A DNA stretch of 64,000 nucleotides from IMG/VR virus record IMGVR_UViG_3300032271_000867, positions 24,413 through 88,412 of that record. One strand, given 5' to 3'. The position numbers were made by a program, and so were the translations under genes. A model generated the notes under the pieces. That model saw nothing but the letters and a program-made list of their open reading frames with translations. It had not been told where the DNA came from and made no database searches. Shown here piece by piece: positions 40,443-50,074 of the stretch (within the stretch, counting starts at the first letter, position 1; each line of letters begins with the position of its first letter). This DNA comes from a virus.

Positions 40443-41521
40443 AGAACTACATCGCTAACTCTTACAGTAAAGAAATTATCTCCCTTAATCTCAACAGGAA
40501 GAATAGACCCACTATTAGGGTTTGTGTTATTTGGATCAATAATCTGAAGAGACCAGTAAGTGCGTTCTGCTAATCTTAGTGTTTGATCTGATGTTAAAGA
40601 TAAAGTGGCAGTGTAGGTTCCGTTCGTTGGTCCCACTACAGACAAAGTAAAATTTTGAACGACCAAAACACTGCCACGCTGATTCAGGAGTTTTGCTACG
40701 TATGAGATTGAGTTGTCATACGATCCTGTAAACTGTACAGTCGTACTAAATGCACGACCTTGATATGCAGTAAGTTCTCCACCAGATGTAGGCCATGCAG
40801 CTGGTTTATCAGCATAACTAGGCATAGGAGAATGTACACGCTGTGGGTAAGAACGGTCGTCAACTTCTTGAGGCTTATACACAGGAACATAGCGACCTGT
40901 AGCCTTAGAAATACGGCGAAGTGAAGTGACATCGACCTTGTAAAGTCCAATACCTAATTGAACACAAAGATCCCGATACTGAGCCTGACGAGCCTGTACC
41001 ATGTCCATTAGCTGACGATATCGCTCAGATCGTGGAATGCTAACACCATCAGGCGCTGCAATATCAATGTCAAATGATGCATCTGTGGCCAAAGTATAAA
41101 GTGCAATTGTAACTGCATAAATAGCTACAGGATATTCTTCAATTTGTGGCAAAGATTCTACAGTTACTTTTCTGCCCATTGAATCTTGGTGACCAGCAGA
41201 GTGTTGATTTACAGAATCAGTAACAATAGTTCCTAATTCAGTAGGAGTAAAGTACCTGTAGTATTTTCCACTTACTGTCATCTCATCGCCATCAGCAGGA
41301 ACAGTGTCAATAATAAGAACACCCGTTTGCTCTTCAATTTCACAATGGCTAGAAATATCTACACCATTTTTAAAAATTAAAGTTGCCTCTGCATCTAAAG
41401 GAGCATAATCTAATTTAAAACGGTTAGTACTTCCATCTGCAACAAATTGAGAGACAAAAGTTTTTCCTAAATCTCCAAGTTCTAGTCGAACTCTATCAAT
41501 TAGTGTTGTTAATGAAGCCAC
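40439..41521 (-). CDS. Putative head-tail adaptor/neck protein
   Basis: Two genes after the capsid gene; L..LIDRVRLELGD, DGVSIPRSERYRQL; GTG with GGAGG SD. Confidence 0.6.
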   Translation of the reverse strand: MASLTTLIDRVRLELGDLGKTFVSQFVADGSTNRFKLDYAPLDAEATLIFKNGVDISSHCEIEEQTGVLIIDTVPADGDEMTVSGKYYRYFTPTELGTIVTDSVNQHSAGHQDSMGRKVTVESLPQIEEYPVAIYAVTIALYTLATDASFDIDIAAPDGVSIPRSERYRQLMDMVQARQAQYRDLCVQLGIGLYKVDVTSLRRISKATGRYVPVYKPQEVDDRSYPQRVHSPMPSYADKPAAWPTSGGELTAYQGRAFSTTVQFTGSYDNSISYVAKLLNQRGSVLVVQNFTLSVVGPTNGTYTATLSLTSDQTLRLAERTYWSLQIIDPNNTNPNSGSILPVEIKGDNFFTVRVSDVVL

Positions 41522-41585
41522 ATTTCCTCCGAAATTTTAATACTTTTATGGTCTCGCATATTTGCTAATAATTCAGCCCAAACGT

Positions 41586-41632
41586 AAAAGTCCGCCCTGC
41601 TGTGAGGATGTTGGCAGACCAGCAGGACGGAC
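41586..41632 (-). terminator. Rho-independent terminator with a large loop
   Basis: Minus GTCCGTCCTGCTG-17 nt-CAGCAGGGCGGAC then TTTT. Confidence 0.65.
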
Positions 41633-41650
41633 AGAATTTGAAGATAACTT

Positions 41651-42025
41651 TTAGTTAGGTCTCCAAATATAACCAAGGCGCTCTAGGTAATCAGCAAGGT
41701 CGACTGGAACCTCGTATTTGACACCGGCCTTGAAATCAAAGGTATTTCCAACACCATAAGTCATCTGCTCAATGTCAGTAATAGTACGGATAATAGTAGT
41801 TTTTTTAGAAGCAGTAGTAATGCCTACTGTTTCAATTTCATCAATAATGATAGGTTGATCTGGACGTTTTGGATCAAATACTGCAGTTTCTAAAAGTTCT
41901 TCTTCAGCAGCACGAGATATAGAAATCTCATCTTTTCGTCTTTTTAATTCTGCAGCATTCTTTTTTGCTGCATCTTCCACTGCACGGCCGGTAGCGTCTA
42001 GTGGGCTTGTTGGGTTATTTGCCAC
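41651..42025 (-). CDS. Hypothetical head-associated protein
   Basis: Directly after the capsid gene; AAGGAG SD with GTG start. Confidence 0.65.
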   Translation of the reverse strand: MANNPTSPLDATGRAVEDAAKKNAAELKRRKDEISISRAAEEELLETAVFDPKRPDQPIIIDEIETVGITTASKKTTIIRTITDIEQMTYGVGNTFDFKAGVKYEVPVDLADYLERLGYIWRPN

Positions 42026-42053
42026 GATGTTTTTTCTCCTTATTAGATGTGGT

Positions 42054-42090
42054 AAAAAGTAAGGGGACGGAGCGAACTCCGCCCCCTTAC
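42054..42090 (-). terminator. Rho-independent terminator after the major capsid gene
   Basis: Minus GTAAGGGGGCGGAG-TTCG-CTCCGTCCCCTTAC-TTTTT. Confidence 0.85.
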
Positions 42091-42100
42091 GCTAGCTTTG

Positions 42101-43216
42101 TTAGTTGGTGTAAACCTTAACAATAGCCTGGTCGGTGATCACACCAAGACCCCAGATTGAGTACCATGCTAGAGCATGCTCACGACCAAAGTCTAGAACA
42201 CCGCCATCACGAAGCTCAACTGGAAGGCTGATTGCGTGACCAAATGCGTTGTCACCAATCATGATTGACTCGTAGACATCTGCACCTGGAGTACCAGAAG
42301 TTGCAGTTGCACCTGAGTTCTCAGGGTTACCACCAAGACCTGGGCCAGTGTTAGCCTTTACAGGAACACCGGTCTGGTCAGCAACAGTACCAACTAGTGA
42401 GCTGTAGTCAACTGCTACACTGCTAGTTAGCTTGTTAACCTGAGTGGTCTCGATGAATACGACGTCATATAGACGGCCAATCTCACCTAGCATAAAGTTA
42501 CCTGGGGCAGCATACTTGGTAACTTCGATAAACTCTGGGTTTGAACGAAGGTCACGTGACTGCTTAGGGTGAATGAACTGGACGTAGGTCTCACCTAGAC
42601 GTGGAATGTTCTTACTAGCAAGAGTAAGAGCAGCATCCTTGATTGCACCAGTGGTTAGCTTAAACTGACCAGTTAGTGAAGCAAGCGAAGTACCTACAGT
42701 ACCTTCAGCATAAGTGTTGAAGGTAGTTGATGCTGAGAAACCTGAACGGTCATAACCATAGACAGCTGAGGTAGCAGCTGCAAGAGTGTTACGTGCCTGG
42801 AGGTCTAGGTACTGTGCCATGTGGCGACCTAGAAGACGTGAAGCCGAAGCCATGATGTCGTCAAACGAAGCGTTCAATAGAAGCTCCGAAACAGCGACAG
42901 CATAACCGTGCTCTGCAACAGTAATAGCAATCTGCTCTGCAGTCAAAGCGTTAGTGGTCATACGTACACCTTCAGTAAGTGGAGAAGCCACTACATCAAA
43001 GTTCTTGTAACGTAGGAAGTTAACACGAAGACCAGGAGCTACACCAAGTTCAGTTTTCTTAACAGCAAACTGCTCGAAGCGTAGAATTGGCATTGCCTGG
43101 AAAAGGATTTCCTTTGACCAGATGGTTTGAATAGCCTGCGATAGCTGACTATTAGAACCCGAATAAGCGGTAGGGGCTCCAGCAAGCTGGCCCGAACCTG
43201 TAATAGCTGACGCCAT
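42101..43216 (-). CDS. Major capsid protein (N4-gp56 family)
   Basis: WSKEILFQAMPILRFEQFA, LTEGV, EHGYAV, FIHPKQ..DL, GEIGRLYDVVFIET, DFGREH.LAWY. Confidence 0.93.
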   Translation of the reverse strand: MASAITGSGQLAGAPTAYSGSNSQLSQAIQTIWSKEILFQAMPILRFEQFAVKKTELGVAPGLRVNFLRYKNFDVVASPLTEGVRMTTNALTAEQIAITVAEHGYAVAVSELLLNASFDDIMASASRLLGRHMAQYLDLQARNTLAAATSAVYGYDRSGFSASTTFNTYAEGTVGTSLASLTGQFKLTTGAIKDAALTLASKNIPRLGETYVQFIHPKQSRDLRSNPEFIEVTKYAAPGNFMLGEIGRLYDVVFIETTQVNKLTSSVAVDYSSLVGTVADQTGVPVKANTGPGLGGNPENSGATATSGTPGADVYESIMIGDNAFGHAISLPVELRDGGVLDFGREHALAWYSIWGLGVITDQAIVKVYTN

Positions 43217-43251
43217 TTATTTGCTCCTTTCAAGAGCGTTGATAGGTTAGG

Positions 43252-44010
43252 TTAGTTACCGAACAATCCCTGTCCACGGTTATTACTGTTGCCCAAAAGT
43301 TTTGAGCGATTTTTGATGTATTCGTCCATTGGCATCTTAGAGATGTCTTCCGGTGTATATGATCGTTGGTCCATATTGTTGTCGAGGGGTCCAGACGCAG
43401 GAACTGTAATTCTAGTTCCTACTTGTTCCTTACGACTCTGCTGTGCCACTGACGCAACAGAGTCCAGGATTTTAGCAGAGCGATCTTTCATAACTAAGAC
43501 GCTCTGCTCTATCTCGTCTTTAGTTCCACCCTGAATTAAATCTAATAATTCAGGAAGTACATTGTCACGTTCTTGGTCAATACGCTGACGGCGGTATGTG
43601 TCTAGCTCTTGATACTCACGTTCACGCTGAAGAAGTGCAAATGTGCGCTCTCGCTCTTGGCGCTCTGCCTCAAGCTTTGCTGCCCATTCATCTTCTTTAG
43701 TTTTTAGAAGTTGTTTAAAAGACATTTCGTCTTCTTCTTGAGCCTTTTTTTCAGCAAGCCGCTGTGCTTCACGTTCATGGCGTTTAGCCTGTTTTTCCGC
43801 TTCTCTAGCAGCTTGTTCTTCACGCTCTTTGCGAAGAATAGAAATTTCTTCCTGTAACTTTTCTAGTTGAGGATATAACTTATCTTTTTCTTGTTTTCTA
43901 GCTTTTTGAATAGCCTCTGTAAGATCCGATTGATTTGGGATCTCTACTTCAGGGGTATTCGGCGTTGTTGGCTCTGATTCAGTTTCAAAACCATCTTCGT
44001 TATTTTCCAT
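43252..44010 (-). CDS. Capsid scaffolding protein
   Basis: Coiled-coil Glu/Lys/Arg-rich; between portal and capsid; C-terminal I..M.MDEY.K.R.KLL. Confidence 0.8.
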   Translation of the reverse strand: MENNEDGFETESEPTTPNTPEVEIPNQSDLTEAIQKARKQEKDKLYPQLEKLQEEISILRKEREEQAAREAEKQAKRHEREAQRLAEKKAQEEDEMSFKQLLKTKEDEWAAKLEAERQERERTFALLQREREYQELDTYRRQRIDQERDNVLPELLDLIQGGTKDEIEQSVLVMKDRSAKILDSVASVAQQSRKEQVGTRITVPASGPLDNNMDQRSYTPEDISKMPMDEYIKNRSKLLGNSNNRGQGLFGN

Positions 44011-44134
44011 AAATACATATTCTCTTTTCATTCACTTGGTCGTTTTCCGAATTAATAACACATGACCTATTACTTGTACAAAACTATTGCACCGCATTAT
44101 AGACAAATTGTCTCTATAAACTCAATAAAAATTA

Positions 44135-45878
44135 TTAATCTTTATCTACAGTTCTTCTTTGCGGTAGTTTAGTTCCATACGCTTCTGTTACAAGGGCATT
44201 CCTAATTGAAGCCTCACCCTGCAAAATCTCTTCTGCTGATTGCGTATTTTCAGGAGACTTTTCATTTTCTGGAGTTTGAGGTCCTAGAACACCATCTCCA
44301 AGAACATCGCCATCACCCATCATCATTGGGTCCATTGGAGTAGCAACTCCACCTTCAGGACCAGGCATCATGCCAGTTAGATCCATAATTTCTTTTTGAA
44401 TCTGAGTTCTGATGAGAGTTAGAGCACCATCTGCTTCAGCATCTGCAATAAGCTCTGCACGAATTTCTTGTAGTTTCTCTTCTGGGAATTCCTCACCAAG
44501 AGCACGAAGAGCGCCTTCTTTAGATTCAAGACCCAAAGACATTTTAGTCTGTAACTCATTAAGCAAGATAAGTTTATCTAGAGGAAGTGGGTTAGGAAAT
44601 TGTGCATAAGTTACATAGGTAAGAGGATCATTAGGATCAAGTTGAGCTACTTGACCTTCTTTAATAGGCCCATCTGTTTCTGGATTGTAACTAAAAGTTT
44701 CTGGTTCTTTTACAGCTAGGTTCAAAAGAATAAGCTGGTTAATTTCCTCTAGACCTCTGCCATACTGAGAAACTTTTTGTGACCAGCGATTCATAAGAGG
44801 CTGATATTGAATAGAAAGAGCAACACCAGAAGTGTTAGAAATTGGTTGAATTTGGCCAAGAGCAGCTTCTGGAATATTCATAAGTTCATGCATTGATGTT
44901 TTCAACATTTGCATATATTCCATAGCACCTGAAAGTCCGGCAGATCCACCTTCTAAGTTAAATACTTGTGCATCTTTAGGAAGGCCTCCCCAAACTTTCT
45001 TAGCGCCTTTTTCCATACCTTCAAGTTTTGCTCCAACAACAACAGTTACAGGAGCTGCGTGATAATTAACAATATCTGCAATGTCAGTTGCAATTTCGTT
45101 GTAAGAACGATTTATGGTAATAATGTCGTGAGCGTCTGAAAGACCCCAAGGCGAACCAGATACAGGAATGTTAGGGATGTGGACAACTGGAATTTGTCCC
45201 AAAGGGTTTGGTCTGCTGTCGATAAGTTCGTCATTTACATACTCCTCAATAATGTCGTCAGTAAGAATCTCAGTATAGGTATAGACCTGACGGGTACCTT
45301 CTAAGCTAGTACCCCAAAAACGATATTTTTGCTTAAAACGAAGAAGACGGCTACGATCGTGAGGGTGAAACTCTGGAAAACAAAACGCAGGGTTTAAAGG
45401 AAGAACACGAACACGGCCTGGGTGAAAACGTCCGATGCTATCTTCCCAAGCTTCTTCATAAGCAATTTTAACAAAACAATCCCCTGTAATACCGCCAGTT
45501 TGTGCCATTTCAAGTAGAACACGCTGTTTGTTATTGTCAATTTCCCAAACTCGTTCTAGACGATCTGGAACAATAGCTTCAGTAGCTTTAGGAGAACGGA
45601 AGTGGATACCTTTACCAAAAGTAAACCTAGCAAGATAGTCTAGGAATGCACGGTAGTAGTTAAGCGAAATTTGCATTTCGCCTTGTTCTCTACGGTAGCC
45701 CCAATGGTGTCCCAAGTACATGGCCCAGTTGAGTGAGTAACGATTTAGGCGAGGACCATGGACCTCACTATTCAAATTCCTCGTCTGCTAATTCAACTAA
45801 TCCAAGTGGAGAAATGGAAATAGTTAAGTCAGAAGACGCCGCACGATAAGATGGCGGTGAAAAATCAAGGAATGACAT
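44135..45878 (-). CDS. Portal protein (SPP1 gp6-like), reading frame interrupted by a 7-nt insert at 45764-45773
   Basis: Strong SD AAGGAGGTGA, ATG 45878, 36 codons MSFLDF..ELADEEFE, then TAG; resumes in the +1 frame VHGPRLNRYS..; portal motifs NYYRAFLD, GITGDCFV, IPVVHIPN..WGLSD, NTSGVAL. Confidence 0.9.
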
Positions 45879-46204
45879 CAGGCATCACCTCCTTAGAATT
45901 CTGGAGGTTTCGTACCTCATTGGCAATACGCTTTTTGATTTCATCTGTAAAAGGAAAAATTGCATTTTTACGGATGTTACAAGGAGAACAAGCTGGGCGT
46001 AAATTATCCACAGTATGTGCTCCTCCTTTTGAAAGTGGTTGAACATGGTCCCAATGAATATCTGTCAAAGGTTGTTTACAAATCCAACATAGATTGTTAA
46101 ATTCTTCTAAAATACTTTCATATTCTTTATCAGAAATCTTAGTAAACTTAGTATTAGCTTTTTGTGCTCTACGTTCACGTTCTTTTCTAGCTACTACTTA
46201 ATCA
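45865..46204 (-). pseudogene. HNH endonuclease that has lost an in-frame start
   Basis: Open frame 45865-46197 with CWIC..HWDHVQPLSKGGAHTVDNLRPACSPCNIRK; the only coupled start reads ATG ATT AAG TAG in another frame. Confidence 0.65.
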
Positions 46205-46488
46205 TCTTTTTTGTCGTGCTTAGAATCTTTTTTGTGAAGTTTCTTTTTTAACTCAGCTTTTTTAGCTTTTAATTCTTGAATTCGTTCTTCACGTTTTGAG
46301 CTAAATTGACGACTCATAATTTTCTTGCGTCTAGTTTCTTCTGAAGTATCTTCAAATTTTCCACCATTTTTAATATATTGCTGGTGGACCCAGTGAGATG
46401 CCCCCGGATTAGGATAGTTAGTATACTTAGCTTTAGCTTGGGTAATAATCATTGCCCAAAGCCTTGTGTTTGTAGGTACCTGTGCCAT
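46198..46488 (-). CDS. Basic hypothetical phage protein
   Basis: N..LW....QAKAKY..YP...AS.W...Y...GG.F motif; AAGGA SD. Confidence 0.7.
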   Translation of the reverse strand: MAQVPTNTRLWAMIITQAKAKYTNYPNPGASHWVHQQYIKNGGKFEDTSEETRRKKIMSRQFSSKREERIQELKAKKAELKKKLHKKDSKHDKKDD

Positions 46489-46509
46489 AACTGTCCTTAA
46501 CGATTAATA

Positions 46510-46534
46510 TACCCCCTGCTATTAACAGGGGGTA
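46510..46534 (-). terminator. Probable terminator hairpin
   Basis: TACCCCCTG / CAGGGGGTA 9-bp stem just after the 46546 stop. Confidence 0.6.
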
Positions 46535-46545
46535 ATAAGCAATTA

Positions 46546-46941
46546 TTAGTCGTTTACAACCGTTGGATTCATGCGCATGGTACGGCCACCAGAAACAAAC
46601 TTCTCTTCAATTTTCTGTTCTGCATAGTCAGTAAATGAACCATGTGCAAATTCTCCAAGGAAAGTTGGTGCTTCGATCCATGCAGCTGAACCTACGTGTG
46701 CTCGCTCTGAAAGAGTCTCAGCAGCTGGCTTCTGCCATACTGGTGCATTACGGTTTGGACGACCTGGTGCGGCTGCAAAGCCGTTCATAATACCAGTCTG
46801 AAAATCAGTAGGTACGTCAGTGTCGGTTGCGATGCCTTCTTCAAAACGAAGTGGGCCCCGGCGCTCTGGATTGCCGGTTAGTTTACGCTCATAAATCTGT
46901 GGTGAACGCTCAGGGAACTGAGGTGCTGGACCAATGCCCAT
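46546..46941 (-). CDS. Hypothetical protein between terminase and portal
   Basis: 131 aa, AAGGAG SD, high-expression-type codon use. Confidence 0.7.
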   Translation of the reverse strand: MGIGPAPQFPERSPQIYERKLTGNPERRGPLRFEEGIATDTDVPTDFQTGIMNGFAAAPGRPNRNAPVWQKPAAETLSERAHVGSAAWIEAPTFLGEFAHGSFTDYAEQKIEEKFVSGGRTMRMNPTVVND

Positions 46942-47038
46942 GTTGACTCCTTAAAGGTAGATAGGGAAAACTGCAGTATTTCCAATTATCAGTTTCTCTA
47001 ATTTTTGTGTATTTATCTTAGTTAACTCAAATTTTATT

Positions 47039-48640
47039 TTAAAAAAACGGATTAGCAGAAACTTGAACTGTAGGCATTACAAGTTCTTGAGTTAATGAAC
47101 AAGCAATAGCTAGTGAATCTACAAAGTCATCGTGAGCGTAGTTTTCATCAGGAGCTGCTACTGTAAAGTTTGGTCCTTTATATTGTACTTCAGCATCTGT
47201 CATTTGTTGATAGAAACGTTTCCATATTCTTAATCTTTTTGTTTTAGCATGGCCTGGAAAACCAATGGCTTGACGCTGAATAAGTGCCTGTAAATGTTTA
47301 AACCTTTTTGATTGCTCTGATTGACTTGACGTTAGCGGAATAACTTCAGATCTTGGAAGCAAGATTTTAAGACGTTGTGCAACAGCATCACCTACACCAT
47401 TAGCATCTACGCCTACTGCCAATACATCATAATTAGCTAAAAATGATTGAATTTTAAAGTATTGTTCTTCCCAGTCATCGCCTTGAATTTCAAGCCAATT
47501 TAACACACGATGATCAAAATACCCAAATTCATCTGGTCTATCCCAGTCAACCCAAACAACTGTAACAACAGTAGAGTCCATTTTACGAGCAGGGTCAATT
47601 CCAACTACCACTGGAGTTTTGTGCCACATAGGCTGAATTGGTTGAGAAGTATCGCACAAAGCATCTAATGCAGATGAAGTAACAAACATACCCCGTTCAA
47701 GCAACCATTTACAGTTGTAAGACATTTGAAACTCATCTGAGTCTTCACCAATACGAAGCATTTCTTTTTTTATAAACTTTAGATAATTTTCGTTATATTT
47801 AGCGACATCCCTCCAGTCCCATTGAAAATGATTTTGTTTACCATTACGGCCAGTTTGACGTCGTTTATTAAGTTGAATAGCTCTATAAAAGTTATTTTTA
47901 CTAGTAGTAGGAGTTCCCGTTTTAACCATAGTACCTGCATAGTATGCAAGCATAGGGCTAATAGATTTTGAAACTACAAAATCATCAGCTTCTTGACATT
48001 CATCAATGACAATAAGATGAAATGATTTAGACTCAATTTTTGCTCTTGGGTTTGCAGTCATCATGGTAATTGATGACCCTAACTTTTTTAGTCTAATTTG
48101 ACGAGTAACGCCACCTACACGAGCAGCAGAGTCATCAATTTCTGGATCTGCAAATACACTATTAGCATGTTCTGAGGTAAGTCGGGTTACTACACGACTA
48201 AATAATGTTTCAGCCTGACTTTCAGTAGGAGCAAATAACCCTACCCAAATACCATTTTTAAATTTACTAAGAAGATCCGGATAAATATCAGAAAGAAGAG
48301 GAAGAAGGATCATTAAAGTAGCAACAGTATCCGCCACAGTTTCCGATTTTCCTGACTGACGAGAAGCTAATGCAGTAACTTCTTCGCCATCATTAATCAA
48401 CACAGATTCAATGATTCTTCTTGCAAGTGGCTTTTGATAAGGATGCAAATCATGCCCAACAAGTACTACAAGAAACTGCATAATTTTGTCTATTAATTTG
48501 ACAACAAATTCTTTGCTTAATTCATCGAGCTCATCATCGGCATCATCTTCAAAAAACTCATCTTGTTTAAAATTTTCTGGATTAATTTCCTCAAATTTAT
48601 CATCACCAATGTAAATTTCTTCTGCGGAATTAAAATCCAT
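47039..48640 (-). CDS. terL: Terminase large subunit
   Basis: LHPYQ, ASRQSGKS (Walker A), LIVIDECQ (Walker B), GTP, VGIDPARKMDST, HDDFVDSLA nuclease motifs. Confidence 0.95.
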   Translation of the reverse strand: MDFNSAEEIYIGDDKFEEINPENFKQDEFFEDDADDELDELSKEFVVKLIDKIMQFLVVLVGHDLHPYQKPLARRIIESVLINDGEEVTALASRQSGKSETVADTVATLMILLPLLSDIYPDLLSKFKNGIWVGLFAPTESQAETLFSRVVTRLTSEHANSVFADPEIDDSAARVGGVTRQIRLKKLGSSITMMTANPRAKIESKSFHLIVIDECQEADDFVVSKSISPMLAYYAGTMVKTGTPTTSKNNFYRAIQLNKRRQTGRNGKQNHFQWDWRDVAKYNENYLKFIKKEMLRIGEDSDEFQMSYNCKWLLERGMFVTSSALDALCDTSQPIQPMWHKTPVVVGIDPARKMDSTVVTVVWVDWDRPDEFGYFDHRVLNWLEIQGDDWEEQYFKIQSFLANYDVLAVGVDANGVGDAVAQRLKILLPRSEVIPLTSSQSEQSKRFKHLQALIQRQAIGFPGHAKTKRLRIWKRFYQQMTDAEVQYKGPNFTVAAPDENYAHDDFVDSLAIACSLTQELVMPTVQVSANPFF

Positions 48641-48860
48641 TTGCTGACCTTTTTTTAAGTTCTTTAACTATTGCCAATAATGCTTCAGCACCCATTTCTG
48701 CTTCCTCTAAAGCGTAATCATCTTTACGATTAGTTACATTTTTACCAATAGTAAATAATGCATTTTCTGCCCAAACAACCAGTTCATGCGTCCCAATCCC
48801 AGAGATCCGTTTCTCCAGTTTCGTAAGCTGGTGGGATCCAGCCTTCTTGAAAATCTTCAT
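48630..48860 (-). CDS. Hypothetical protein
   Basis: 76-aa ORF overlapping the terL start. Confidence 0.55.
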   Translation of the reverse strand: MKIFKKAGSHQLTKLEKRISGIGTHELVVWAENALFTIGKNVTNRKDDYALEEAEMGAEALLAIVKELKKRSANGF

Positions 48861-49104
48861 CTTTTAGTATCCGTCCTTGTGTCGCATTATTAAGTGCCGA
48901 TTCTTCACTATTTTGTTTACCAGTCCATTTTCCTAAAACTAATGCTCTATAAAAAGGAAGTTTTAAAATATAAGGAGTAGCAGTTCTAAATGGCTCTTCA
49001 ATTTCTTGAGTCCATCCTTTTACTACAATTTTATTTTCCCAATTAACCGGGAACTTGATAAATTGAAAAAATCTTTTTGATCCGATGTTGTATACCTTGG
49101 GCAT
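48784..49104 (-). CDS. Hypothetical protein
   Basis: 106-aa ORF in the operon. Confidence 0.55.
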   Translation of the reverse strand: MPKVYNIGSKRFFQFIKFPVNWENKIVVKGWTQEIEEPFRTATPYILKLPFYRALVLGKWTGKQNSEESALNNATQGRILKDEDFQEGWIPPAYETGETDLWDWDA

Positions 49105-49106
49105 TA

Positions 49107-50000
49107 TTACTTTCTTTTTGCTTTTTTATTTGCCGTAACTGGAGCTTGGTTTCCGTTTCGTTTAGCAGCTCTTGCTGCTTTTTTAGCAGCTGCTGCTTTT
49201 GCCGCATTTTTAGCGGCAACTCTTTCAGCTCGTTCTGTAATTGTTAATCGTCTTTCAAGACTAGGTTGACGTCTACTTTCCCACATTTCATTTTGTGAGA
49301 CACCTTTAGCTCTAATTTGATTAGTACGAGCAATTTTATACCTAAGAAGCTGCGCATTTGCATCAATATATGAAATGTCTGCATAGCCACGAGGTTTTGA
49401 ATCTAAATATTGACGAATAAAAACGCCCTTAGATTTTGCAAATTTAAATTGCAACCATAGATCTCTACTTACTTCATAGTAATTATAGTAAGTACCATCT
49501 CTAAAAATTACTGTAATAATTCCTAATCTTTGACCTTTATCTCTTTTATAGCCAGCAGCTACAGTTCTAGGTCTTTTAGGATTAGTAGTTTGAGTAGGAA
49601 GAACTGTAATAGGTGCAGGAGTTTCATCATGATTTCTAGGATCATCAGCAAGATTAGGGTAGTAAATTGGATTGTAAAGTGCTTCAGCAGATTGTGTAAA
49701 TCCAAACTGTGTCATTAAAGCTTCATCACCAGTAAACAAAGCTTTAGATTCTATACCTGCACCCGATTTAGCAAAATCTCCACGAGATGAAGCTACAGGC
49801 AAAGCTTCAAGAGAACTTTGATTTGGGTTATTTAGTACCGCACCTTGTTCTTGCCAAGTAGCATATTGCAAAGCTAAAGCAGCTTCATCTTGAATTCCAT
49901 AAAATCCTAATCTAGGATCCATACGTTGAAGAGCTTGAAGCTTTACCTCTTCTGGCGATAAACTACTAGGATTCCATGGCTGAAAGGTTCTTCGTGCCAT
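49107..50000 (-). CDS. KTSC-domain protein with Lys/Ala-rich tail
   Basis: AAGY..ITVIFRDGTYYNYYEV....W..F..AKSKG.FIR KTSC signature; AGGAGG SD. Confidence 0.8.
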   Translation of the reverse strand: MARRTFQPWNPSSLSPEEVKLQALQRMDPRLGFYGIQDEAALALQYATWQEQGAVLNNPNQSSLEALPVASSRGDFAKSGAGIESKALFTGDEALMTQFGFTQSAEALYNPIYYPNLADDPRNHDETPAPITVLPTQTTNPKRPRTVAAGYKRDKGQRLGIITVIFRDGTYYNYYEVSRDLWLQFKFAKSKGVFIRQYLDSKPRGYADISYIDANAQLLRYKIARTNQIRAKGVSQNEMWESRRQPSLERRLTITERAERVAAKNAAKAAAAKKAARAAKRNGNQAPVTANKKAKRK

Positions 50001-50012
50001 TAAAACCTCCTA

Positions 50013-50062
50013 ATAAATAAATAAACCGTGCTACCAGTTTATCGGCAGCACGGTTTATTTAT
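50013..50062 (-). terminator. Bidirectional-type terminator
   Basis: ATAAATAAACCGTGCT-ACC..GGC-AGCACGGTTTATTTAT long inverted repeat. Confidence 0.8.
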
Positions 50063-50074
50063 AGGGTTAAAATA

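Noticed and set aside
45764-45773. Genome-wide TAG/TGA stop-codon reassignment to explain the portal break
   Set aside because: The break also shifts the frame, TAG and TGA end other genes normally, and no suppressor tRNA is present.
1-48640. Introns or inteins in polA, the helicases, capsid or terminase
   Set aside because: These frames appear continuous and of normal length, with no intein splice motifs seen.
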